A stretch of 64,000 bases of DNA. It comes from Vicugna vicugna (taxonomy: Eukaryota). The translations under genes were made by a program, and so were the position numbers. The DNA is taken from the NCBI GenBank assembly GCA_013265495.1, contig MU058000.1, forward strand, positions 1,674,001 to 1,738,000. The letters are read 5' to 3'. Positions 51,831 through 64,000 of the stretch are shown piece by piece; within the stretch, counting starts at the first letter, position 1, and the number at the start of each line of letters is the position of its first letter. The notes under the pieces are model-generated. The model saw only the letters and a list, made by a program, of their open reading frames with translations, was not told the DNA's origin and searched no databases.

Positions 51831-54800
51831 TATTAATTATTAATTATAGCCAAAATTTCTTAGTTTATTCTTAATTCCTAAATGTCTATTCTTTATGAAA
51901 GAAACAAGGGCTTTTTTTCTGGGAGGTCTAGATTGTCCAAGAATAAATCATCTTGTATATTTCATGACCTCATCACTTCAGTTTGTGTTCCTTTTACACT
52001 TATGGGTCATTAAACAATCAAAAAAACAAACAAAAAATATGAAATATGAAATATTTCCAGAACAAATCGAATAGCAGAGACTATCAATAAAATATAAGCT
52101 ACTTGCTTCTCTTCACTGACTCTTTCATGATTACATGAGTGAATATTGCAAAAACACAGAAGCAATGAGAAAGGATCTATGATTTAGGTGCAGTATCACA
52201 AATTCAAATCTCAGATATAAAATGAAGATGTACAACAGTGTCAGATTGCTAATAGAGACACTATGAGGTCGTACCAGGTTTTCTTTATTTTTACTGCAGG
52301 AAATATAGAGGTTTCAGAGAAAATAAGATTGACATTGATATCCAAAGCCCTCATCTTGTGTCAGTAGTTCAACTCAAAACTGTGCACGTTTAAAGGTCAA
52401 TTACTGTTGGGTGATTTTACTTGACAAATAAGCTGACTTCCAAAAGTCCATGTATTTCTCTCACATTTTTGACATTAATGGCTTTACAGAGGCCAAGGGT
52501 TGGATCAACCTTGGAGAATGGGCTTCTTTTCTACCACGGGTACTGTTCTGTATCAGTAGAACAACTGGAAAATGTTCTGCTTTATTTCTATATGCAAAGT
52601 CTAGAAGTAATGAAAATCACTTTCTGAGGAGGAATAATGACAGCAAAGCAGCAAAACGCCATTTTCAATTGTGATCGTCCAGAGGTTCTGTCTATTGTCT
52701 ACTTCTACTCTCTGTAAAATTTATAGGGATATTTTCAAACTCTGTTTATTGTTCCCAAGATTAAGGTCTTCTACTACAGGAATGGTATACATTTCAACAC
52801 CTTTCTTCCAATCTTATTTTTCTAAAAAAATAAATAATCTGGATACATCCTCAAGTCATTTTATTGTTTGTTTTGTCTTTCTGTGACAATTATCATCTAT
52901 AGCAATTTTAATTCTGCCATTGTTGTCCAGAATGTGGCTTCAGAAGTGGGGATTAGTTTTAGAGACTAGGAATGGAACTGTAGGACAGAATTTATCCTCA
53001 GCTGACAGCAGTTCTATGAAGGAAACTTGAAAGAGCCTCAGAAGTTGGTCTCAGCCCAATCTTCCCCACTTACAAGACAGTGCAGACTTTGCTTGATCCA
53101 AGATGTTCCATGTCAGGGTACAGCAAAGTGTGCTCAGGCCCATTTGCGAAGCTACATTATCCTAATTACACAGCTCTCAGGCCTTTACAAAAGAAACAAT
53201 ATTTGCAACTCGGTGTATCTTTGATCATTTCTCTTTTTTTCTCTAAAACTGCTTATTTCTTGCCATCCAGTTATTATCATTTTTTTTCCTTCCAGCTACT
53301 GTGTTTTTTTCCTAATTATATTCAACATTATGCTTTCACAAAAGTACTGTTTTTTAATACTTGGTATATTAAATGATTGTTCTTTAAAGTATTTTCTTTC
53401 TTTTAATTTGGAATGTTCCTCTACCTTATTTAACATTCTACAAACAATCATACAGAAAAAAACCCAGAAATGATGATTTAGAATGTTACTACGGGGTGAG
53501 TTATTCTATTTGAATAAGAGTGTGAAATTTAAATTGTTTGAGAAAGTTACAGGGTAAATTCAATGCTTAACAGTTGAAGATTGTGAACTGGTGAAGATTT
53601 TATAACAAAATAAGTCCAGATGAAACAAAATGTACTTTCAGTAACTTGGGGAGGATATATGAAGTTCAGAATATTGTTTCTGAGAGTTACCCAAGAAACA
53701 GGCGAAAAAGGCAAATGGAAAGTTCAACAAAGTCGCTTAAGCTGAGAATTAGGAAGAAAGTATAAGAGCTAATGCTTTTGTTATGTCTGATTCATGATAA
53801 TGTTTACAAAGAAGGAGATATAAAATAGAAAGGGTGGACTTGACTGCTTTTAAGCAGGAATCTAGGAGTAAAGATACAGTATCAAAATCCCAGGTCAATC
53901 ACTTACTCTTTGACCTGAAAGCTTCCTTATTAAGAGATGTTATGAGATAGATGCTATGGGTTTCTGTTGAATATTATTGTAATGCTTTAATGAAAGTCTC
54001 ATAGAATTTGAACATATTCAACCAAGGAAGTCAGAGACATAATATACAAATTTACATACACATATAATAAATACATGTCAAATACATAATATATTTACTT
54101 ATAGGGAGAGAAAAGAAAAAGTGGGAAGAAGAGAGTATAATAATCAAATCCCTGATGTCTTTTTTCAGGAGATAAATATGTGTAGTGTCGTAAACACTTG
54201 TGAAATGTTTTCTGCCTGTTAAAGATCTGTCACTTGAGGGGGGTTAAATTACCATGAGCTATGGTACATATTTTGGAAATATTTATACAAAATGTTCCAT
54301 CTCAACTGCACATTTATTACAAAAAAATGATAACTCATCTTAAAGTATTATTTTGGCCTTCTTGACTCTACCTGCCACTCTTGAAAAAGCAGTAGTATAG
54401 ACTTAAGGAACCCTGAGAAGTGGAGTTCTGTATCTTAGATGAAAGATTGCATTCTTGTCTGTGTAACTCAATTATTAATTTAGAGGCAAGTCTACAAAGG
54501 ATTATGGTAAAAAAAGAAGTGCAAATTCACTTCATGGAGTTTGGTCAGAATTTCCAAATTTAATACAGTTCCTGTTTGTACTTCAATTAGTGGTAAGGTG
54601 TATCATCAATTAGACCAGTCTTGCAGTTCAAGTGTGTTACTATTCTTAATTCTGCATCTTTCACCCAGAATCTGCTGGCACTTTGCAGAAAGGCAGTTCA
54701 CAGGCCACTCATGCAATAAATCATAATTTGATGCACAATGAAAATACATCTAACTCCACATAAGCTGATGATCTTCAACTTTTCAAAATTCCTCAAGTGT

Positions 54801-55075
54801 AATATAGCAGGTCATTTTTTTTTAACTTTTAATACTGATTATTTTAGCACAGAAAAATTTTGAAATGGAAGGTGTTTTTTTTTTTTCAGTTGTTGTAGCT
54901 GTTGCGTGTGGGAGTTTACCCAAAGAATAATACCTGATACTTAAGAATCCACAAAGATTTTCAAATATTTACTTCAGTAGACATGAAACAGACTCTTAGT
55001 TGCTATTGTTAACATGTTAACAGAGGAACACATTTATTTCAACACATTTGTAAAGTGAGAGTCATTCATACTTAC

Positions 55076-55101
55076 CAAGAGGTTGAGTACTATATGAAAA
55101 A
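55076..55101 (-). CDS. Candidate 26-nt micro-exon
   Basis: Acceptor tttttttttcgtacag|T and donor TTG|gtaagt, both near consensus. Reads FSYSTQPL (phase 2-1) or FHIVLNLL (phase 1-0). Confidence 0.3.
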
Positions 55102-58100
55102 CTGTACGAAAAAAAAATAGAGAATTGAATTCTGAAGGGGTTTAGAAAGTATGCAGACACATTCTTCTTTTATCATTGCCTACGTTGGGAAAACACACAA
55201 ATTAATACATAAGAACACAATATGACAATATTCGTTTGAGATTTAAAAGAAGAATCCTACTATATGAAGCCTAATGTAATCTGCTACTAGCTATAATTTT
55301 TTGAGCAAGAAATTTACCTTTGTCTCCCAAATAAAATTCACTTATTTAGAAGTATCTATTCCTCATATATAACTTATAATGTAGTCAGAAGGTTTTTAAA
55401 CTCCATGAAATGGACAAATTCTAAGCTATCCTATGGACTTTAAGAAAAAACAAATATATATATACATATATATACATATGTATATTTACATCAGCACCGC
55501 TGAGAAACGTAATTAGCTGGAGTCCAGTGTTGTTATCCTTGGGTGAACATTTCCCTCTTGTCTTAGTTTCTTTCCTGTCTGATCCTGCCCACGAGTGACT
55601 TAGAGTAGCTGTACTTTGCTAAAGGACCATGCACATTTTCATGGGAACACCGTTAACAAAGCAGAGGCTATTTTTCTTGAAAAGAGAAGTTGTTAATTGT
55701 GCACTATAGTAACGGAAACAATCTGAAATTTATCATTTTTTAATGTTTTCTTTTATAAATAAATCTAGCTTTGCATTTCTTAACTCACAAATCATGAGAT
55801 TCAATCATAATAAAAGTGTAAAAGAAATCGGAATTATAAAAAATAAAAGAATTCTAGTGGACTATTTGAAATCAAACAAAAATTATTGAGTATCAAGAAA
55901 CAAAAAGTCTACCATCAAAAATCTTTGCAAATGTCATCAGTTAAGACTCAGAAAAAAGTCAGTATCTCTTCCCAGAAAACAGTACATACATCTCATGTCA
56001 AACTATCCAGGTATAATGCCAAATGTCAACCTAATAAAATACACCGGGAGAGAACTAAGCTTATTAAAATTATATTTCTACATACAACTGTACTTCAGAG
56101 AACAATTAATTATATCCAGTTATGATCTGTTTCATTCTGACAGCAAAAACCTATGACGGAAAAGTATAAAGGGAAAATTAGCCTCTTATTTTATGGAAGA
56201 GCAGACTGGATGTAGAGTTGTTGATAAGCAAATGGGCTGTTTGTGTGGGTGCATGTGTGCGTGTCTGTGTATGTGATATGTTTAAATCTTCTGTACAAAC
56301 TTCTTTGTTTAAACTTCTTTAAGCTGACTGCTTAAAATGATCAAGCCAGACTTCTGATGATTTCTTATCTTAAATGTATTCTTTTGTTTTAATCATCAAA
56401 AGCATAGTGCTATCATAAATTAGTTGAGCTTTAAGTCTAATTTCAACAGAATGCAAATCTGAAAAAGACAATTTTAACATCAAATATTATAAAGCTAAAA
56501 CCTTTCTTGGGGTATGTGTTGGGGCAGAGGGAGCAGGCGGGGTGAAGAGTTGGAATAAATCTGGTAATTTTCATCCAAAGGTAGAACTGCCCAGTGACCT
56601 TAATACTAAAAGAGGCCTCTAGGTGGAAGAAAGAATTAGAGCTCATCTTTGCAATTTCACTTGACTGACATATTTGTCAGTGTTTTTTATGATCCAGCTG
56701 ACCCACCTTGAAGGAAGGCCCAGCTGTATTTCCAGGATCTAATGAAGGGCTGTTATGCTGCACTACGGAAGTCCGGAGCAATCTTAATTTAATATTGTGG
56801 GTTAAACAGGATAGAAGCAAGTGTCGGATGAAACTGTGTTTTTTGTTTTGTCACCAAGGCTGATCTTATTACTTGCCTTTCAGCTGTTGGGAGAAAAACT
56901 TAGAGATAATTTTAAACTTTTCATAGTTTTCCTGTAACTTTGACCCTACAGGATGAGAAACGGCTGCAATATTGTTCAAGATTATTGGCATTTCACAATT
57001 TCTGCCAAAATAGCAAAGATTCTAAATGTCTCTGCCTGTACTTGACATGGATAAATCTGCAGGCTTTTATTCCCAGGGGGAACAATTCCAAAGAAAGCTG
57101 GTCATATTTAATATTTCATGACTAATTAATTAGAGTAGGCCGTAGGTTACAGCTGACAGCTACAGTGATTGATAAAGAAGTTCATTTTCTACTGAGGATC
57201 CAATAGGTTTTCTGCTGTGCAAATTGAAGATGGAGCAAAATAATTCTATCACATATATTTTTTTAAATTTCTCTTGAGGTAGTTACTACAATAGATAAAG
57301 CTCAAATCATGACCAACCCTTTGGCGAAAGGCAAAACTCCTTAGTAGAAATGCTATGTGGCATTATTTGACTCTTTTTTCCCTTCTTCTTTAATTTTCCA
57401 TTTCAAAGAGCGTCCTTCCCTCCCAGAAAACTGTATCGATGTCTTCTCTGCGCCAGTGGGTCTCCATCTAAGCTTGGGGGAAGTCATTTGATTTATTTCT
57501 CTTGAAATGGACTTGAAAAATCAGCTCAAATGGACTGAGATAAACTAGTCACCTGGATTAAGAAAGTGGGTGGAAGGTGTTTAGATTTTTACCCTGGAGT
57601 CACTACACTATAAAAATTCGAAAGAGGACAATTACATTGTACCTCCCTAACTTTTCCCTGCAGAATCTCTGTCCAGTATGTATTCTCCATGAGCTATTGC
57701 CTGTAAGTTGGTTACTGCTCTCCCCAGTTACTTCTGTAGGGTATTTCTCCTATTAGGGGGTCCTTGGAGGCTCAGGTGTACTTGGTCAAAGTTTTCCAAT
57801 AACAGAGGCCAACTAATTGGATTTCTTAGACTTTAGGGTCTAGTTTTCCCTGTGGAAAAAGTGCTTCTTTTAAAGAATACAGTACTCAGACACACACACA
57901 TTTACTCAACTTACTGAAATTTATGGAAACAAACTGTGCTTAAATCTGGGTTTGTTAAAATACCAATTCCTTTCAGAATGAATGTGGAAAGTGTTTCACA
58001 TCCTTCTGAAGTCATGGGAAATAAAAAAGGGCAAAAGGGATTAATTTGTATTTTTATAATTATGCATTTAATAAATCACAAGTTTGGTCTCTTTGCAAAA

Positions 58101-58289
58101 TAAATATCATAGATGCCTTTGAAAACATAACTCTATCTTGAATGAGTAAAGATCACAGGAAAATGATTTGTTGCTTTCATGTCTTTTTTATGCCTTTTTG
58201 AGTGGCTTTCTTTTCAGATAATCATGAAATTAAATAAGCATATTCTTTTTGTATTTATTTAACAGTTATTTATAAAGAACTATATAGTA

Positions 58290-58530
58290 ATAATAACAAC
58301 AATAATACCAAAGTTTGTGAAACACTTACTGTCAGGTAGTCTATTAAGGATTTTCTAAACATTGGTTTGTGGCATCTGCCAATTTCATTTTGGAGTAAAT
58401 AATTATTCTATTAGACATGCTGAAGTTTAGACTAAGTCATATTAAACAGTGTATTCCACATTCACACAGCAAGGACGTGGCAGAGCCAAGATCTGAACTC
58501 AAGTCATTGGGACTTCAGACGCCGTGATGC
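58290..58530 (-). mobile_element. MIR SINE
   Basis: cacacagcaaggacgtggcagagccaagatctgaactcaagtc. Confidence 0.7.
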
Positions 58531-59164
58531 CTCTCTGTGTGCCATGCCCAGCGTTAAGTGTGGATATCGAAAGCTGAGCAACGTAGGATGATATATGTTA
58601 TAAGGTTCACTGTGCTGAAGAAGAGGGAAAAAATCACAGGAAATAATAAGTGAAATGGCTAAGAAAAGTACATTGTGTTATGAAAGAAAATAGAAGCACC
58701 TAATTTAGATGTTCCTTAGTGTTAAGAAGACTACCTGGGCAGGAGACATTTACACCAAGAATCAAAGGATGCAGAGGATTAGCCAAAGGGCTAGTGGTGG
58801 CTGTAGGGCGATCAGAGCAGTTGTGTTAGTCAGAGCCCAAAAGGAAATGGATGTTTGTGTGCATGCCCGAGAGTCAAAATCTCATGTCAAAACCACAAAT
58901 TCCAGGAACCTCTGGTGATTTTAAGCCACATGTGGGAGACTATGAGATAAATTCATTAAGGTATTTAAGCAATTACTAAATGCTCAGCATTGTATGTAGC
59001 CTTGAGAAATGTACAAAATGGGATGTATTTCATGGGCATCGCTAGCAAATATTGTTTAAATTACAACTTTATGAGTATCTTTTATGCTCCTCTGAGAGGA
59101 CAAGTCATAAAGCTGCTTCACAAATGTTAAGTCTAAGTTTATTTCTTGTTATGGAATTTGACTA

Positions 59165-59634
59165 TGTGAACGAAAGTAACTGCAACCATATCAATAAACA
59201 AAGAATGCTGAAACCAAGTCATCAGCGGCTGCCGCCAACCCCCAGTGAGGACAGGCACGCAGCCCAGCCTCTGCAGCCACTCACAGTGGTGCACCCCAAG
59301 GGGACTCAGAATAAGAAAGGGCAGGATGCTGGCCCTAGACAGCTAGGTGCTTGTCAAAGGAATGAATTCAGTGAGCCCAAATGTTTGCTTCCTCCCTTAC
59401 ATAGAAAAGCACTAAATTCTTTAACTTGAGATGCCTGCTTTAGATAACAAGTAATCTTTTAATGCTCCAACTCCCTGGCCTTTGTTGTAAGGCTCCTATA
59501 TATCCTAGCTCTTCCCCTACCTCTTCGGAGCAGTGCCTCAGAGCGATCTGAGAGGCTGTCTTCCCGGCTCGAGTCCTCCCGCCAAATAAAATATAATTCT
59601 CAGCTTTTAAGCTGCGCATTTATTTCAGTCGACA
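59165..59634 (+). mobile_element. ERV1-class solo LTR, 470 bp (MER41-like 3' end)
   Basis: TGT...ACA termini with a perfect 4-bp TSD acta (59161-59164 / 59635-59638). TATATA at about 59497 and AATAAA at 59585. Confidence 0.92.
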
Positions 59635-61149
59635 ACTATAAAGACACATTCCTTCAAAAAATAAAAGCATGTTTTTCTGAGGCTTCAGAACCTTTACTTA
59701 TTGTACAAAATTTTTGTTGGTGCTGTTTTTCTAATTGCCCTAGCCTTGTAATGGGATGTGACTTATTAGGATTTAAAATGAAGATTTGATTTTTAAATTC
59801 TTTACTGGATCTTGAATTTTAAAATACAAGCAGATATAAGAAGAAAAGAAAAAAAGAGGTTTTTTTTCAATTAAAGATAGCTTCACTCTCCCCACCCCCA
59901 AGTAATAATAAAGACATGCGAAATAAGCATAATGGAAGCACACACACAGAGAAAAAAAAGAACTAAAGATACCTATCTAAATAAATACAAGTAAAAAAGA
60001 TGCAGAAGGAAAATAAAGCTGGTCCAAAGTATATCATACCTTAGAATTGCACATTATGAAACACCTCTGCCATTGGAGTCTTCAAATCGACACTAGATTT
60101 TTTGTGTGAAATTATCCATAATAATTTATTTTCCTTGCTGGTCCCAAGGAATATATTCTTGCTTTGATCTATTTGATTATTTTGGAGGGTAGTAATTAGA
60201 GGAGAAAATGTGTCTTTTACAATTTTGCCCTGTTTTTCTTTTGTTTTTAGTTCTTGCCTTGTACCAAGTTTTATTTTTAGTTGTTTTTTTTTTTCCTATG
60301 GAAATGACTTGTTAGTCAATCAGGAATGAGTGAATCAGCTTACAGAATCGAGTATCTTTAGATCTAAATCAAATTGTATTTGACTTGAACTTTTAGATGA
60401 GAGATTTAGATTAACTGGAAAAGATTTTCTTCCCTCTCTTTATGAGATATTCTATTTTCACACTCTTGAGTTCCCAGTATGGATGAGTATTCATGCATCA
60501 AACTACAGTTTCATAAAAGAGTATTATTTTCCACGGTAACTTCAGACCAAATTTGTTGTTCGTCTGAGTCCACTAATTAGCACCTAGTGTTTGAAATTTT
60601 TTAATACAAACTGACAAATGAGTGTTTGCATCTGCCCATCTACCCACAAGTATTTGAGACCCTTGTGGATAAAATCTATGCCCTTGTCCTCGAATCCCAA
60701 TTCCGTAGTACACAATTTCCCAGGATGTTGCATGGAACAGACTTGACAATCAGTAAAAGTTACTGAACAGACCTAATATCATCATAGGTTTGGCACATTA
60801 TGTTTCTCAAACATGCTTCAAGAAGTAAGGTATTAGAAAAGCAGACAGTCTTCAAAATATTATGACAACGCATTTCATGTATTTCTTTTATTAGTCGTCT
60901 TCCTCTGTCATACATAAAAGCGTACAAAGATAAGGTAAAAAGTTACCAATAATCCCTTTCCCCGGAGATAAACATAGATTTTAGTAACCCATCTATCTAT
61001 TTTCACCTTTAAAACCATGCCTTACAAATATATCATCTCATAATTTTTAAAAATTGTTAGCCATTGGCTGCTAATATTTAGATCAAATTAAATATCTATT
61101 TTTGCCTACTTCAGCTACAGATATATACTTACATCTGCCATGAGATGTG

Positions 61150-63372
61150 CTTTAGCATGCTATTGATTTTTATATATTGACCTTGCGCTTTTGCTAAACT
61201 CACTTATAAAGTTCTAGAACTTTTTTGTACTTTTTTTCAGGTTGTTCTATGTTAACACCTGCATTGACTGCAAGTAGAGAGAGTGTCATTTCTTCCCTTC
61301 AAATGTGTATGCTTTTACTTATTTATCTTGTCTTGTTGAACTGGCTAGAAATTCCCAGCATAATGTGATTAACAATGATGAGTATGGAGATCCTTGCCTT
61401 CTGCCAATCTTAAGGGAAAAAATGCTGTTTAACCATTATATCTACTGTTATGTAAAGTTCCTTGTAGATAATCTTTACAAGCCTAAGGAAGGATGTTTTC
61501 TTCTGTTCCTAGTTTGCTAAGATTTTTTAAAAAATCATGAATGTGTATTGAATTTGGCAAATGATTTTTCTTTATTTATTGAGTTGGCTTATATATTATC
61601 TTATTTGGTTTGTTATGAATTGCATTGATTGACTTTTAAATGGTGAATCAGCCTTGGATTCCCAGTATACATTGAGTTTGGTGAAGATTTTTTTTTTAAT
61701 AGATTGCTGGATTTATTGAGCATATTTGCTTTTCTCTTTATGATGGATATTGGTCTATACTTCTATTATTGTGTCTCTGGTTTTGATATCTGGGTAATAC
61801 TGGCCTCATAAAATGAGTTGGGAAGAGTCGCATGATCTTCTATTCTGGAAGAGATTATGTAGACTTGGTATTATTTCTTTTTTAAATGATTCATTTTAAT
61901 TGACCAATAAAATTATACTGACCTTGGATTTTCTTTGAAGTATGAATTCAACTTATTTAATAAATAAAAGATAATCCAAATTATCTTTCTTCTTGAGTGA
62001 ATGTTGATAGTGTGTTTCTTTCAGTAACTTGATTCATTTCATCTATGTTGTGTAACTTATGGGCAGAGAATTGCTCTTAGACTTTTCATTATCATTTTAA
62101 TAGTTGTAGATTCTGTAGTGATTTTCCACTAGCAATCCTGATATTAGAAAATTGTATCTGGCTAAAGGTTAATCAATTTATTGCCATTTCATAACTTTAC
62201 CTATCGGTTTCAGAGATTTTTCTCTAGAGATTTTCTGTTTTCATTTATTTGCGTTTTTATCTTATTAATTCATTTTTGATTGCTTTGAATTTAATGTGTT
62301 TTTGTTTTTCAAGTTTCTAACAGTAGAAGCATAGCTTATTGACTTGAAACACTTATTCTTTTTTAATTTAAACCTTTGATGCTATAAATTTTATTTAAGC
62401 ACTTTTTTAACTACATCACATGAATTTTGATATGTTGTTCTTTTCTTTCTATTCAGTTCAAAATATTTTCTAGTTATCCTGAGAGTTTCTCTTTGTATTG
62501 ATATGTTATTTAACAGATTTTATTTAATTTACTTTTCAAGTGGTTGGAGATTTCTCTATGATCGTTCTGTTATTAATTTCTTGTGTAATTGTGTTATGGT
62601 TAAAGAACATACTTTGCATGACTTATATTCTATTAAATTTGTAAAGGCTTATTTTATGGACCAGATTATGATCTGTCATAATCATGTACACTTTAAGTGA
62701 ATATATATTCTGCTGTTGTTGGTTGGAGTGTTCAATAAATATTTCAGGTCAAGTTGGAGAATAGTGTTGCTTAGATCTTCTATATTTAGCAAATTTTATG
62801 TTTTTCTGTTCTACCAATTATTGAAAAAAGAGTATTCAAGGATTCATAAATAACTGTGGATTTGTCTTTTTCTCCTTCAAATTTTATAAATTTTGTCTCA
62901 ACTATGTTAAAGTTTTATAGTTAGCTTCATACACATTTCATTTTGTTATGTTTTCTAGGTAAATCGATCTTTTATCATCATGTTATACCGCTCTTTTATC
63001 CTGAGTAATGTTTTTTCTTCTGAAGTCTACTTTGTCTGATATTAATATAACCATGCCAGCTTTTTAGAAATTTATGTTTATATGGTCTATATTTTATCCC
63101 TTTTCTTAAAATTCTTTATGAAATTTTAAATAAATATGTTTATTACAGACAGCATATAGGTTTATCTTCTTTTTAAAAATCCAATCTAACAATCCCAATA
63201 ATTGGTATATTTATCACATTTACATTTTGTGTAAGCTTAATAGTTTGGGATATATATGCCAATTTATAATTTGGTCCTTGTTGTTTCCTTTTCTCTGCTG
63301 TATTGTTTGATCCTCTTTTTCTTTTATACTGCATTCTTTTAGGTTATTTGAATATATTTTTAGTAATACATT
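61150..63372 (-). mobile_element. Old L1M ORF2 fragment
   Basis: ggtaatactggcctcataaaatgagttgggaag, gctataaattt, caggtcaagttgg, aagtctactttgtctgatattaatata. Confidence 0.88.
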
Positions 63373-64000
63373 TGTTAATGGAAATCATCAGTGAACAATC
63401 TATAATAGGAATAGAAAAGAGTTTAATTGAGTCAAACTGAGGAACACAGCCCAGGAGACACAGATTCAAGAAGCTCTTGAATTATGTTCCACCAAACTTC
63501 AAAATAGGGGGAGGCTTATAAAGGCAAAAACTGCAAAATTATGTATGTCTTTTTGTCAAGAATTATAAGGAATCTGGCAAGGAGTAAGTGTGCTTATTAA
63601 GCAAGGATTTGTTGGGGTCTGAAGTTTTTACATGGTTACAAGGGGATGCCCTGAGAACATAAGGTTACAGCTGGCAGCTGGCAGATACTGTTTTGAGAAC
63701 AGCTGGTGATATTCTTCAGTGTGTTACAGTTCAGCAAATTCAAGTTCTCAGTGATGCAGGAATGTGTCTAAAACCACATCCATAATGATTACCTGGCTCT
63801 GTTTTGGATGCCTGAGCCACGGTTACTCCATGTTGATTATGAAATGCAATCTTTTCTTTAATGGTTAAAGTAGATGTACATTGCATGTTTGATAAGCCAC
63901 AGACAGGCTGTTTTAGTTCATGTAAAGCTGAAGTTAGATAATGTGTAAGCCGACTTCCTCATATCTCCGTATGTAAAAATTTCATCCATCACACTTTGTT
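63373..64000 (-). mobile_element. ERV1-type LTR (MER34/39-like), running off the window end
   Basis: tgttaatggaaa terminus. Minus-strand ATTAAA (63422-63427) and TATAA (about 63516). gagtcaaactgaggaacacagcccaggagacacag segment. Confidence 0.7.

Noticed and set aside
59052..59429. 125-aa ORF
   Set aside because: Runs from flanking DNA into a solo LTR, with no protein-like features

Overview
AT-rich, CpG-depleted eutherian genomic DNA, most likely camelid (alpaca/llama/camel). The taxon is inferred from a Vic-1-like tRNA-derived SINE and young cetartiodactyl-type L1 3' ends. The window looks intronic or intergenic and is dominated by interspersed repeats: MIR, L2, L3/CR1, old and young L1, a MaLR LTR, ERV-type solo LTRs with TSDs, hAT elements (MER53, MER20, Charlie5-like) and Tigger elements (MER47, MER2-like), plus microsatellites. 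No long ORF, recognisable named gene, rRNA, true tRNA gene or CRISPR array is present. Most entries in the ORF track are repeat or low-complexity artefacts. The most interesting non-routine signals are four: (1) a low-confidence chain of phase-compatible minus-strand exon candidates (55.1k, 31.9k, 29.9k, 29.0k, 23.5k, 20.7k) encoding a peptide I cannot name; (2) a 171-bp LTR-like transcript fragment retroposed with a perfect 16-bp TSD; (3) a multi-layer transposon nest at 38.5-42.9 kb; (4) clusters of E-box/CRE motifs at 27.7 kb and 30.6-31.2 kb. Repeat family names come from recalled consensus sequences. Boundaries are approximate unless a TSD or TIR is quoted.
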